DNA of 64,000 nucleotides from Dehalococcoidia bacterium (GTDB lineage: Bacteria; Chloroflexota; Dehalococcoidia; WHTO01), in assembly GCA_040902555.1 (NCBI GenBank), contig JBBDXC010000020.1:3528-67527 (forward strand), written 5' to 3'. Below are positions 41,601-50,847 of the stretch, one piece after another. A program made the translations under genes and the position numbers. Under the pieces are notes generated by a model. It did no database searches, had not been told where the DNA came from, and saw only the letters and a list, made by a program, of their open reading frames with translations. Positions within the stretch are counted from its first letter, which is position 1, and each line of letters starts with the position of its first letter.

Positions 41601-43178
41601 AACCAGAACGACTGAGCGAGCCCATAGAAGACTGTTTCCTTCTCCTGCGCTGATCACGGCGCTGGCAAAGTTGATAAACCAGGCTACGGGCCTCTCGCGC
41701 ATGGTTTGGTCGTCCCATTTGAGAATGCCAACGGCATCCTTCACTGTCAGTCGGGAAGATAGGCCGATTTCTGCGAGCACTTTTCGCCAGCGGCCGGCTC
41801 CGTCACGGAAGGTTGCGGGTAATGGGGCAGATTTTGGGAAGATACGAGTGAGATCGTCCATCGTTACGATCCCTTCCAGTTCCTCGGCCTCATAGACGAG
41901 GTCGCGGATTCGGCTTGTCTTTCCGTCGATAGGTAGGCGCGCCGACCGCGCGAGTTGGCCGTGAATGCTCATCGTTAGCTGGCCAAACTTCTCGCGAAGC
42001 CAGCGGTCTTCTAAGGACTGGACTTCGGCCAGCAAGGGTATAGCAATCCAAGCGGCTGCCGGCTGCGCCTCAAAGCGGGCACGGGTGACTGCGACGATCA
42101 ACTCGGAGGCTCTATCCAGGAGCCAAGCATTCCAGCTATCGTGCTGAACGCCAGCGCGTGCGGTATCGACATTGAACTGGGCATTGACACTGACCGGCAT
42201 CTCAATGTGCGGGACAACGGGGAGGCCAGCAAAGAGACCCGCCGGCTTTGCGGCCTTGGCATCTGCTGGAACTGCAATTCCGAGCGGTGTTGCCTTACCG
42301 GTGGCCTTGTGTTGACGTTTTGGTGCACCTGGCGGGACGGGTCGCTCAATCGTAAAGCGCCGCCACGAAAGGTCGTTCGCCCGATCCTTTAAGCCAGTCT
42401 CGGTGCATACAAGTGAGTGCCGCCCTACTACAAGTTCGAAAGAGCCTGCGTCCTCCTCTTCGAGGCGAGACTCGTGCACTGTTTTCTGGGAGCGCAGGTT
42501 CACGACTCGAATTGCCCGCACGCTATCGAGGAAGAGCAATGAGGAAGCTTGCAAGCTGCGAATCCATTCCGCAAATGCGCGAGTGTCAAATCCGGCCCGC
42601 AAACGAAGTTCGAGGAGAGTCTGTCCGCGATCCGGCTCATAAAAACCCCTAATCAGCCGGGCCGGCGGCGCGACACTGATCTGTCCGGCCACGATCGAAG
42701 CGTGATATGGGCCGCAGTGAACCGTTAGAACGTCGCCTAATCGGCCGAGGGTTTTCAGTCCGATGCCGAATCGACCCTTTGCCGTGGGATCATCGCGTTT
42801 AGTTGAGAGGAAAGCGAGAGCCATCGCGATCAGGTGGGGTAACCTGACCTGCTCTCCGTCATGCACGAAAAGTAGGTCCATGCCTCCGGATCGTGTTCGA
42901 GTTGCTATCCGCAACTCGGTCGCGTGAACGTCATCCGCATTTTGAAGGACCTCCAGCACCCCGTGGAACGGCTCGACGTTCAATTGCTCGGCGCTGATCT
43001 CCGCGCCACGCAGGGCTTCCCGGTATATTCCCGGTGTACTCTCCTTCTGGAGGCGTCCGAATTCCGCGATGGCTGCCCTGGCGAAGCTAGGTTCGAGAGG
43101 ATCGTCGATAACTGCGTCCAGCCCATCCCTCCACAGGCGCGCAGCAGCGTCCCGGCCACTTTCGCTTAGGTCCGTCAC
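38694..43178 (-). CDS. sacsin-like GHKL ATPase fused to a C-terminal DUF3883/NOV-type nuclease domain
   Basis: EVLQNADD, GRFGIGLKT, VNAQF..WNAWL; C-terminal GADALD..FEIKS..LTANEF..YFLAVV; visibly lower GC than flanks. Confidence 0.75.
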   Translation of the reverse strand: MTDLSESGRDAAARLWRDGLDAVIDDPLEPSFARAAIAEFGRLQKESTPGIYREALRGAEISAEQLNVEPFHGVLEVLQNADDVHATELRIATRTRSGGMDLLFVHDGEQVRLPHLIAMALAFLSTKRDDPTAKGRFGIGLKTLGRLGDVLTVHCGPYHASIVAGQISVAPPARLIRGFYEPDRGQTLLELRLRAGFDTRAFAEWIRSLQASSLLFLDSVRAIRVVNLRSQKTVHESRLEEEDAGSFELVVGRHSLVCTETGLKDRANDLSWRRFTIERPVPPGAPKRQHKATGKATPLGIAVPADAKAAKPAGLFAGLPVVPHIEMPVSVNAQFNVDTARAGVQHDSWNAWLLDRASELIVAVTRARFEAQPAAAWIAIPLLAEVQSLEDRWLREKFGQLTMSIHGQLARSARLPIDGKTSRIRDLVYEAEELEGIVTMDDLTRIFPKSAPLPATFRDGAGRWRKVLAEIGLSSRLTVKDAVGILKWDDQTMRERPVAWFINFASAVISAGEGNSLLWARSVVLVDGARVVPPHPEDEAEVLVRKMHAHSLGQQLKLARVIHPAYLSNNAQAVQVSEWLVAADLLLDDVGDEATLRALAKRGSDGQVEPLALSDLDLITLRDALANLESADPEKLGPDIGRAIAVHGFYWDRGRRVRTRVRPAASYMPARLEDRSDGWAKAAALTPGILWIESRYRSVLRRTDKDKHAPGANTLFRLLGAEIAPRLLEPESVESRHGEPASPINFDALTTSQRSALDGVHATHLQRDRLAPELDLVISDITKERSKRKRRERARALMRTLNREWGRLYEGRERALAVYSYHLWHQATTLPATWIAAAMDSAWMTTEAGTPTPPCHLIVRTKAMEALHGSRSPRYASEVDFSAASWPVTRALGLQTDPRISEVLEELIKLRLSRTAVDQARADVRYAAIASAITNVDAAPDSAIGDVTVRQLRARFSAKAGLIHVDGRWWRPSQVLRGKPVLGEHRAFVSDGPLADRLWRLLRIRQPTLSDCVSVLRTISRSAPYPNDEQTVVNTYLYMAEHLAIASRGEVRAMGSLPLWLGDRWLGGRPIYLVRNPEVARELSAKLPIWRPPVSPQILGELFGALKVTELSDEDFRPLVTASDCANGESEAETFFHAVEHLMDWLSRHDPALYRQLDVPWDELGRPLIALPRELRLQLRLSGRKPLQLLARGHIQREPLQFSFASREEIGEDGLGGRLVGSLFGRGDQDKVALAWAKAWSRASHGEATPGMRLAEDPASTLDMDELFQQAARLAPTSRKAVSGRDQTPTAKSDGARLAGQSVRRLKKPSDLVVEQVTRPTGQGNSSTASGRRGLRQDAPVGLPIDEGNRPVARSGPVAYSPQEKEHLALLALQLAINGEQSDLKDFRHLRGIGADALDELKRAFEIKSFAQAMPDQVSLTANEFDRARKDGTKYFLAVVSGLEEGWETIVRIIGDPLRNLDVLKSTSLVLGGIRTASEPIEVRLGIGLSASGP

Positions 43179-43270
43179 AGGCCCTCCATGCCGAAGAGTC
43201 TCGATCCTAGCCAAACCAAACGCTACGGAGAGCGGAGGTTGAAGGGCGTTTTGTCGACCCCGCGACACGC

Positions 43271-43789
43271 GTGCCCGATCCTCGACTTGTGATCAGGCAC
43301 TTTACGGCTACGGGGTTTGTGGTGGATGGGGAGCGGACGCTTTTGCACTGGCACCGCAAGCTGGACACCTGGATGCCGCCGGGGGGCCACATCGAGGAGG
43401 AAGAGGAGCCGATCGAGGCGCTGCTGCGCGAGATCCGCGAGGAGACGGCGTTGGAGGCAGAGGTGGTGACGGAGTTCCGGGAGCACGATTTTACCTCGCC
43501 GCGGCAGCTGCCACCGCCGCGGGTGATCCTCGTCGAGGACATCGGCGGGCCCAACCCCGACCACCAGCACATCGACCTGATTTACTTCTGCCGCTCGCTG
43601 GGGCCGGCGCTGGGATTTACGGCCGACAAGGAGATGAAGCAGCGCTGGGTCAGCCTGCAGGAACTCGAGGATTGCAGCGGACTGGAGCTCGACGGGCGGT
43701 TGCTGCCGATCGCCGACGACGTGCGAGTGCTGGCGATTGAGGCGATCCTGGCCGTGCGCGCGGCGACGCCGGCCGCGGCCGCCGGCTGA
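43271..43789 (+). CDS. NUDIX hydrolase
   Basis: HFTATGFV, PGGHIEEEEEPIEALLREIREET. Confidence 0.9.
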   Translation: MPDPRLVIRHFTATGFVVDGERTLLHWHRKLDTWMPPGGHIEEEEEPIEALLREIREETALEAEVVTEFREHDFTSPRQLPPPRVILVEDIGGPNPDHQHIDLIYFCRSLGPALGFTADKEMKQRWVSLQELEDCSGLELDGRLLPIADDVRVLAIEAILAVRAATPAAAAG

Positions 43790-45069
43790 TGCTGAGCCTG
43801 CAGCTCATCCGCTCAGACCCAGATCGAGTCCGCGAGGGGCTGCAGCGCAAGTTCGCCGACACCGCGCTCCTCGACGCCGTTATCCGCCTGGATGCGGAAC
43901 ACCGCGAGGTGCTCGTCGAGCTGGAGCAGCTGCGCGCCCGGCGCAACGCCGCCTCCAAGGAGATCGGTGCGACGAAGGACCCGGAGGAGCGCCAGCGCAA
44001 GATTGCAGCCACAAAGGAGATATCGACACGCCTCGAAGAGCTGGAAACGAAGGCGTCCGCCGTCGAGCCGGCTCTCCAGGAGATCCTCCTGCAACTTCCC
44101 AACATTCCCGACGACGACGTGCCGGTGGGCGAGGGCGAGGGCGCGAACCGGGTCATCGAGGAGGAGGGTGAGAAGAGGGACTTCGGCTTCATCCCGAAGG
44201 CCCACTGGGACCTGGCCCCGCGAATCGGTATCGACGTGCCGCGCGGGGCGAAGATGTCGGGCTCGCGCTTCTACCTTCTGGCCGGCGAGATCGCGCGGCT
44301 GCAGCGGGCCTTGATCACATGGATGCTCGACGTCCACACCCGTGACTTCGGCTTCACGGAGATCTATCCGCCGGCCATGCTGAAGGGCGAAAGCATGGTG
44401 GCCAGCGGGCACCTGCCGAAGTTCCAGGACAACCTCTACCGCGACGCCGAGGAGGACTATTACTGGGTGCCGTCGGCCGAGGCCCCGCTTGCCAACCTCT
44501 ACCGCGACGAGATCATCCCGGCCGGCGCGCTGCCGCGCCGACTAACCGCGTACACGCCGTGCTTCCGCCGCGAGAAGATGAGCGCCGGACGCGATGTCAG
44601 GGGGATCAAGCGCGGGCATCAGTTCGACAAGGTCGAGATGTTCGTCTACTGCGAACCCCAGCAGTCGGACGACGAGCTCACGAAGCTGGTCGAGCAGGCG
44701 CGGGAGCTGATGCGTCGCCTGGAGATTCCGCATCGGGTCAAGGAGTTGGGGACCGGCGACCTCGACTTCAAGGCGACGAAGGCATTCGACATCGAGGCCT
44801 GGGCCCCCGGGTGCGACGAGTGGCTGGAGGTCAGCACCTGCTCGAACGTGCGCGACTTCCAGGCCCGCCGCGCCGCCATCCGCTACCGGCCCGATGGGGA
44901 CTCGCGCCCGCAGTTTCCCCACATGCTGAACGCCTCGGGGCTGGGCTTGCCGCGTACCCTGATCTCAGTGGTTGAGAATTATCAGAACGAAGACGGCATG
45001 ATCGCCGTGCCGAAGGTGCTGCTCCCCTACATGGCGAGTACAACTTCGATCGGGCCGGTGGAGCTCTAG
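43789..45069 (+). CDS. serS: seryl-tRNA synthetase
   Basis: Coiled-coil arm, FRRE..RGHQFDKVE, EVSTCSN, LNASG. Confidence 0.97.
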   Translation: MLSLQLIRSDPDRVREGLQRKFADTALLDAVIRLDAEHREVLVELEQLRARRNAASKEIGATKDPEERQRKIAATKEISTRLEELETKASAVEPALQEILLQLPNIPDDDVPVGEGEGANRVIEEEGEKRDFGFIPKAHWDLAPRIGIDVPRGAKMSGSRFYLLAGEIARLQRALITWMLDVHTRDFGFTEIYPPAMLKGESMVASGHLPKFQDNLYRDAEEDYYWVPSAEAPLANLYRDEIIPAGALPRRLTAYTPCFRREKMSAGRDVRGIKRGHQFDKVEMFVYCEPQQSDDELTKLVEQARELMRRLEIPHRVKELGTGDLDFKATKAFDIEAWAPGCDEWLEVSTCSNVRDFQARRAAIRYRPDGDSRPQFPHMLNASGLGLPRTLISVVENYQNEDGMIAVPKVLLPYMASTTSIGPVEL

Positions 45070-45833
45070 TGGCCGACCTCGCCGGTAAGGTCGCGCTGGT
45101 CACGGGCTGCGGGAACTCGGCCGGGCTGGGCTGGGCGATCGCCCTGCGCCTCGCGCACGATGGCGCCGATGTGGCGGTGCACGGGAGGCCCAATGCCGAG
45201 GACGCCACGCGCGAGCTCGGCCGGCTGGTCGCGGGGTTCGGGCGGCGGGCGCTGCGCGTCACGGCCGACCTCAGCAAGGAGACGGACATCGTAAAGATGG
45301 TCGACACCGCCTACGACCACTTCAGCCGCATCGACATCCTCGTCAACAACGCCGCCGACACCGGGCCGTTCAAGGCCAGCACGGACCTGAGCGGCAGGGA
45401 ATGGGACAGCGCGATCGCGGTGAACCTGCGCGGCGCCTTCCTTTGCTCCCGCGAGGTGGCCCGCGTGATGACCTCGCAGGGCACCGGGACGATCATCAAC
45501 CTTGTCTCCGGCACTGCGCCGGGGGAGGTGCCGGGATCGCTGATCTACGCCACGACCAAGGCTGCCCTCGAGGCAATGACCCTCAGCCTGGCCCGCGAGC
45601 TGGAGCCGAAGGGGATCAGGGTCAATGCGCTGGCCCCCGGCTTCGTCGAGTCGCCGGTTGGCGCGAAGCTGCGCGACCAGGCGGACAAAGGGAAGCGCCT
45701 GCGCGAGGGCACCGCGCGCAAGGAGCTGGGGGCGGAGCTTGGCGGCGCACCTGAGGACGTGGCCGGGGCCGTGGCCTTCCTCGCCTCCGAGGACGCCCGG
45801 CAGGTCAACGGCCAGGTCATTCGCCTCGACTGA
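45069..45833 (+). CDS. short-chain dehydrogenase/reductase
   Basis: VALVTG..GLG, NNA, YATTK, VNALAPG. Confidence 0.9.
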   Translation: MADLAGKVALVTGCGNSAGLGWAIALRLAHDGADVAVHGRPNAEDATRELGRLVAGFGRRALRVTADLSKETDIVKMVDTAYDHFSRIDILVNNAADTGPFKASTDLSGREWDSAIAVNLRGAFLCSREVARVMTSQGTGTIINLVSGTAPGEVPGSLIYATTKAALEAMTLSLARELEPKGIRVNALAPGFVESPVGAKLRDQADKGKRLREGTARKELGAELGGAPEDVAGAVAFLASEDARQVNGQVIRLD

Positions 45834-45840
45834 CGTCTCC

Positions 45841-46956
45841 ATGAAAATCCTCGCCATCGACATCGGCACGGGCACCCAGGACATCGTCCTCTTCGACGCG
45901 GACCAGCCGGCCGAGAACTCGGTCAAGCTGATCCTGCCCTCGCCGACCGAGATCGCCGCGAGGCGGGTGCGAGCGGCGACGGCTGAGGGGCAGGCCATCG
46001 TCTTCACGGGGTCGATCCAGGGGGGCGGGCCGTGCCACTGGGCGACGAACGACCACCTCGAGGCCGGCGGCGTGGTCTACGCCACGACGGAGGCGGCGCG
46101 GACCTTCGACGACGACCTCGAGAATGTGCGCAGCATGGGCGTCCACCTGGTCTCGGAGGAAGAGGCGGCCCAGTGTGTCGTGAGTGGCGCCGCGGAGGTC
46201 CGGCTGCGCGACCTGGATCTTGGGGCCATCCGCGCTGCCCTGGAACCCTTCGCGGTCGATACGGACTTTGATGGGCTAGCCCTGGGCTGCCTGGACCACG
46301 GCAACTCGCCGCCTGGCTACTCCGACCGGCTGTTCCGCTTCGAGCACCTGGCGCGGGTGGTGGAGGAGCGCAACGACCTGCTCAATTTCGCCTACCTTCC
46401 GGGCGAGCTGCCGGACTATCTGACGCGGGCGCAGGCCCTGATGGCGGCGGCTGCCGGCGAGGCGCCGCAGGTCAGCTTCATGGACACCGGGCCCGCGGCC
46501 GCGCTGGGCGCGCTGCAGGACGAGCGGGTGCCGGCGGACGGGCGGAGGACGGTGCTCAACGTCGGCAACATGCACACGCTGGCCTTCGACCTCGAAGGGC
46601 CACGGATCAACGGATTGTACGAGCACCACAGCGGCGAGATCAGCGGGGCCCAGATAGCGGACTTCACCCGCCGGCTGGCGACCAAAGAGCTGACCCACGA
46701 CGAGGTCTTCAACTCGAAGGGCCACGGGACTTATTACGCCGCTGGAGAGCCGGAAGAAACGCCGTTTGTAGCCGTTACCGGGCCCCAGCGCGGGAAGGTG
46801 AGAGGCCTGCTGGATGGCTGCTTCGCCGCCCCCCACGGTGACATGATGGTCAGCGGCTGCTTCGGCCTCCTGCGGGGCTTCGGTGAATGCTATCCCGAGG
46901 CGCACAAGGCTATCGAGGGCCGGCTTTTGGCCGGGCAGCCGGCGCGCGCAGGTTGA
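45841..46956 (+). CDS. DUF1786 family protein
   Basis: ILAIDIGTGTQDI..ENSVKLILPSPT, DHG..SDR..RF, NVGNMHT, EHH, APHGDMM..GCFG. Confidence 0.8.
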   Translation: MKILAIDIGTGTQDIVLFDADQPAENSVKLILPSPTEIAARRVRAATAEGQAIVFTGSIQGGGPCHWATNDHLEAGGVVYATTEAARTFDDDLENVRSMGVHLVSEEEAAQCVVSGAAEVRLRDLDLGAIRAALEPFAVDTDFDGLALGCLDHGNSPPGYSDRLFRFEHLARVVEERNDLLNFAYLPGELPDYLTRAQALMAAAAGEAPQVSFMDTGPAAALGALQDERVPADGRRTVLNVGNMHTLAFDLEGPRINGLYEHHSGEISGAQIADFTRRLATKELTHDEVFNSKGHGTYYAAGEPEETPFVAVTGPQRGKVRGLLDGCFAAPHGDMMVSGCFGLLRGFGECYPEAHKAIEGRLLAGQPARAG

Positions 46957-47017
46957 CAAAAGTCACACTCGGGGACGGAAGACGAGTCCTATACTTGGCC
47001 TCGGTAGACCATCACTT

Positions 47018-47836
47018 ATGTCCGATCAAGCGCTGACTCTCGACCTCACGGGTATCACCCAGCTCAACGTGACCACGAGCTCGGGGAACGTCACGGTTAT
47101 TGCCGAAGACCGCACCGACTTGCTGATCGAGTCGGGCGCCCCGGACCCGGAAAAGATTGAGCGGTACGCCGCGGGCGAAATGAGCGGAGCGATGGGTGAG
47201 GGGCACGCGAGCGAGTCCTCGCCGAAGTGGGGCTGGCGGCATCATCACGCTGAAAGCCACGCCGAAGACGGCCTTATCCACTTTCATTCGGCCAAGCGCG
47301 GCAGCGCGAACCTGGTCATGCGCTGCCCCACCAACTTCGGCCTGATCATCGGCAGTGCCTCGGGCGATGTCGGGCTCGAGGGCACGTACGGCAAGGTAAA
47401 GGTCACCACAGCCAGCGGCCGCATCGATGTCGACGCGGCGCGCGAGCTGGACCTGAGGAGCGTCTCGGGAAGCATCCGCGTGGGGCGCTGCGAGGGCACC
47501 TGCCGGCTCTCCACTGTGAGCGGAAAGACGGAGGTCGGCAGCTCCGAGGACACCGAGGCTTCATCAATCTCCGGCAAGATCCAGCTCACGCAGATCGGTG
47601 GCGGGGCGAAGGTACGAAGCGTCTCGGGCAGCGTCGAGATCAACACCGAAGGCAAGGGCAAGGTGGCCGTCCAGACAGTGTCTGGCTCGGTCCGCGTCGA
47701 AGTGCCTGAGGGGAGCAAGCCGGACGCAAACCTCTCCAGCATGACGTCGCGGCCGAGTTGCGAGTGCCCGAAAGGCAACGATTTCGAGATCAAGATCAAA
47801 TCAATGAGCGGGAAAATAGACGTGGTACCGCACTAA
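47018..47836 (+). CDS. DUF4097 beta-strand repeat (adhesin-like) protein
   Basis: Repeated (T/S)xSG-hydrophobic motifs. Confidence 0.8.
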   Translation: MSDQALTLDLTGITQLNVTTSSGNVTVIAEDRTDLLIESGAPDPEKIERYAAGEMSGAMGEGHASESSPKWGWRHHHAESHAEDGLIHFHSAKRGSANLVMRCPTNFGLIIGSASGDVGLEGTYGKVKVTTASGRIDVDAARELDLRSVSGSIRVGRCEGTCRLSTVSGKTEVGSSEDTEASSISGKIQLTQIGGGAKVRSVSGSVEINTEGKGKVAVQTVSGSVRVEVPEGSKPDANLSSMTSRPSCECPKGNDFEIKIKSMSGKIDVVPH

Positions 47837-48360
47837 TGACGGCAGCCGCCCCGCCAGCGTTGCTCGAGGGCGCAGTCGTCTTCACCGACATCGTCGGCTT
47901 TACGGAGTACACCGCGCTCCAGGGCGACGAGCAGGCGCTTGCCCTGCTCGCCGTGCAGGACGGCTTCGTCGCCGACTCCCTGCCGGCCGATGGCCGGGTG
48001 GTCAAGGAGATCGGGGATGGCCTGATGCTCTGGCTGCCGGACGCCTGTGCGGCCCTGCTTACGGGCCTCCTGCTCAGCCAGCGCTTCGAGGAGTGGAGCG
48101 ACGAGGCGATGATCCCGCTGGGCCTGCGGGTGGGGATGAACTACGGCCAGTTCATGCGCCGCGGCGACGACCTCGTTGGTCATTGCGTCAACGTGGCCTC
48201 GCGGATCGTCAATGTGGCAGGACCGGGCGAGGTGCTTGTGTCCGAGACCGTCGTCGGGCGGGTAAACGACCAGCTTGAGGGTGTCCTATTCGATGAGCTG
48301 GGCCCGGTCGTGATGAAGGGTGTGCCCGAGCCGGTGCGCCTTTTCCGCGCGCACCGCTAG
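47836..48360 (+). CDS. standalone class III adenylate/guanylate cyclase domain protein
   Basis: FTDIVGFT, KEIGDG, DLVGHCVNVASR. Confidence 0.88.
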   Translation: MTAAAPPALLEGAVVFTDIVGFTEYTALQGDEQALALLAVQDGFVADSLPADGRVVKEIGDGLMLWLPDACAALLTGLLLSQRFEEWSDEAMIPLGLRVGMNYGQFMRRGDDLVGHCVNVASRIVNVAGPGEVLVSETVVGRVNDQLEGVLFDELGPVVMKGVPEPVRLFRAHR

Positions 48361-48466
48361 TTGCTTCAGCGATTTACGACTTTGTTAGGTTGCCGCCGCT
48401 ACGCGTAGCCCAACATCCGGCGCGGGGCATAGCTTTGGCGAAACGACTTAAGCACGGAGGCAACAG

Positions 48467-48592
48467 ATGTCACCCTTGACCTCGCTCGTGATCATCCTCG
48501 TCGTCGTCCTGCTCGTCTCGCTGGTGGGCGGGGTAGGCCGGTACGGTGGCGGCGGACACCATCACGACGACCACTACTGGAAAAACGAGTAG
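48467..48592 (+). CDS. 41-aa small membrane protein with a His-rich tail
   Basis: GGAGG RBS; MSPLTSLVIILVVVLLVSLVGGVGRYGGGGHHHDDHYWKNE; not in the ORF track. Confidence 0.6.
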   Translation: MSPLTSLVIILVVVLLVSLVGGVGRYGGGGHHHDDHYWKNE

Positions 48593-48694
48593 CCACCCGA
48601 AAGAGGGGCGCCGATGGCCGCCCTCTTTCCCTGGGAGGAAGGGCAAAGCTGCTATTGCGAGGGCTCAAACTCCCAGACTTAGTTGCATGGGAGA

Positions 48695-48735
48695 CCGTCA
48701 CCCTCACCCTGCCCTCTCCCTCAAGGGAGAGGGGA
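48695..48735 (+). repeat. REP-like element
   Basis: CCGTCACCCTCACCCTGCCCTCTCCCTCAAGGGAGAGGGGA. Confidence 0.75.
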
Positions 48736-48791
48736 ATAATCGGTCCTGACCGGATACATTGCGGGCGCGAAGAATGCATCCGCAAACTGAG

Positions 48792-48843
48792 AACTGTAAC
48801 CCATGTGCCTAGATAATGTGTAACCCATGCCCTTGGTAGCACA
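48792..48843 (+). mobile_element. solo IS481-family-like terminal sequence
   Basis: Two TGTAACCCATG repeats 24 bp apart, ending in CACA; no transposase nearby. Confidence 0.6.
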
Positions 48844-48901
48844 GTGAGGGTGACGGCGCTTCAGGCAGGTAAAGCGTCCCACTCCGGAGAGAGGGGATGC
48901 C

Positions 48902-49567
48902 CTATTGGCGCGGCGCGGTTGTGTGTGGATACTGTGGCTCTTCCGCGCGGGCGGCCTCGATCGCTGCGCGGGCTTCCTCGCGCTGCTGCTTCCACTCGGC
49001 TTCGCGTGCCGCTTCTTCAGCGTCGCGCAGGGCGCGCTCCTCGCGTTTCCTCGCCTTGCCTGCTTCCGCCTTTGCCTTGCGCTTCAGCATGATTTCGTGG
49101 AGGAGCGGCGGCATCAGCTCCAGCGGGCTGAACTCGCGGGTGATGTCGGTCAGGTCAAGCGTCCAGTTCAGGCCGGCGATGTAGCGCCAGGTGCGCAGCT
49201 TGACATCCTTGATACCTTCGGCCTTGAGCAGCTTCTTCGTCTCGTTGACGAAGCCGGCAGGGATGTAGAGGTAGAAGGGGACGCCGAGGCGGGCGAACTT
49301 GGCCCAGCGCTGACGGGCGCTCATGGCGTTGACGGTGTGGACGGTCTCGACCGCACCCACCAGCTGCAGGATGCCGTTGTCATCGACGACCACGATGTCC
49401 GGGCCGAGAATTTCGCCGCCGGGACCCTGTACGGGCATTTTGAGGACCGGCAGGTTGACGTGGGTCTGCAGGTTGGGGAACTCGTCGTTGGGAAAACCAA
49501 AGCGCTCAGCCGCGATGTCGGTGGCAGCGCGGTACTGGATGGTGGCGGTGGTTTCGTCGAGTGGCAT
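48902..49567 (-). CDS. hypothetical protein, restriction-endonuclease-like fold with a charged helical tail
   Basis: GPDIVVVD..VGAVET..FYLYIP; E/K/R/A-rich C-terminus. Confidence 0.65.
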   Translation of the reverse strand: MPLDETTATIQYRAATDIAAERFGFPNDEFPNLQTHVNLPVLKMPVQGPGGEILGPDIVVVDDNGILQLVGAVETVHTVNAMSARQRWAKFARLGVPFYLYIPAGFVNETKKLLKAEGIKDVKLRTWRYIAGLNWTLDLTDITREFSPLELMPPLLHEIMLKRKAKAEAGKARKREERALRDAEEAAREAEWKQQREEARAAIEAARAEEPQYPHTTAPRQ

Positions 49568-49642
49568 CAGCTCTCCTCTCAACTCATCCTACGAAGCGTT
49601 GGAGAGAGGGAAAAGGAAGGCCACTCGGCTAAGATTGGTCGT

Positions 49643-49730
<88 letters not shown>

Positions 49731-49770
49731 ACCGGTCTGATCAAGCGCAAGCCCAGAAGCGAGGTCAAAC

Positions 49771-50609
49771 GTGGTCCGGGTAGTCGTCCTTCTAGCCATT
49801 TTGGCCATTGCGTCCCTGGCCACGGTCGCCGTTGCCTCGTCGCCCTGGAGAAACCGCTGGACTCAACAGGCGATAACGGCCCGGCGCCCGCGCCTCACTA
49901 CATCAAGAGCGGCGTAGGAACGGGGCCCGGCGGGCCCAACCAGGCGTCCCACCTCAGCGTCTCCTGCCCCGAAGAAGAAACCCTTATGGGCGCTGGCTAC
50001 TGGAGCATCGAGCCGGGGACGAGAGTAACCAGCAGCCGCATCGTCGGCCTCGATCCCTACACCTGGCGGGTGGATTGGATCAATGACGGGACTGCCGATG
50101 AGGTTAAACTCACCGTCGTTTGCTGGCGGGCCGAGCCGTCGATCCAGATAACCAGCAGCGGCTTCGGATTGGGGGGCGGGGGCTTCGCGTCGCAGGGGTG
50201 CAGCGACACCCACCCTGAGCTCCTCCTGGGCGGGTTTATGCGGATCGCGCGGACGTCCCGTCTTCTGCAAAGCTCGCCCGAAAGCGAGACGAACTGGCAG
50301 GTGACCCTCAGGGTCCCCGCCGGGGAGTTCGACGACTTTCGGCTACAGGTCATCTGCACGGACGCGGGCTACAACACGTACCGGATCACGATCCCGTCCG
50401 ATGGGGGCGGAGGTGCCAACCCGACCTTTACGGCCTCCTGTAAGCCCGGCGACGTGCTGACCGGGGTCGGCTTCGCCGAGCTGGCCGCGGGGTCGAGCCT
50501 GCGCGGCGTGTTTGCTATCGCGCTCGACACGGCACGCATCTCGTGGCAGAACGGGCCAAGCCCGGACACCGTCGAGCTGCGGATCGTCTGTCTCCAGGTA
50601 GTCACGTAG
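49771..50609 (+). CDS. exported protein with three Cys-flanked beta repeats; frameshift after the signal peptide
   Basis: MVRVVVLLAILAIASLATVAVA in one frame; the body continues in the 49986 frame from about 49841 (VSCPEEETLMGAG, QGCSD..LLGG, ASCKPGDVLTGVG). Confidence 0.6.
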
Positions 50610-50847
50610 GGCTAGCGGCCAAGCCGCAGGCTGGCCTCGCTTACCAGAGAGCCCGTTCAACATCTAATCCTGCGCGTCTGAGTTGAGAACCTCGGCCGTC
50701 TGACGCCAACCCCTATCGAGGCCCTTGTTGAACAGGGCGCGGTGCTCCGACGGCATCTCACTCGATCTTGCCGCCGGGCTTGCGGAGACCCTTGACCCGC
50801 CGCTTAGACTTGTTGACAGCCGGCTCCCCGGGCGGCGAGGCAATGCA

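Noticed and set aside
46953-46995. TTGACA and TATACT upstream of the DUF4097 gene as one promoter
   Set aside because: The spacing is about 31 nt, too long for a single sigma70 promoter
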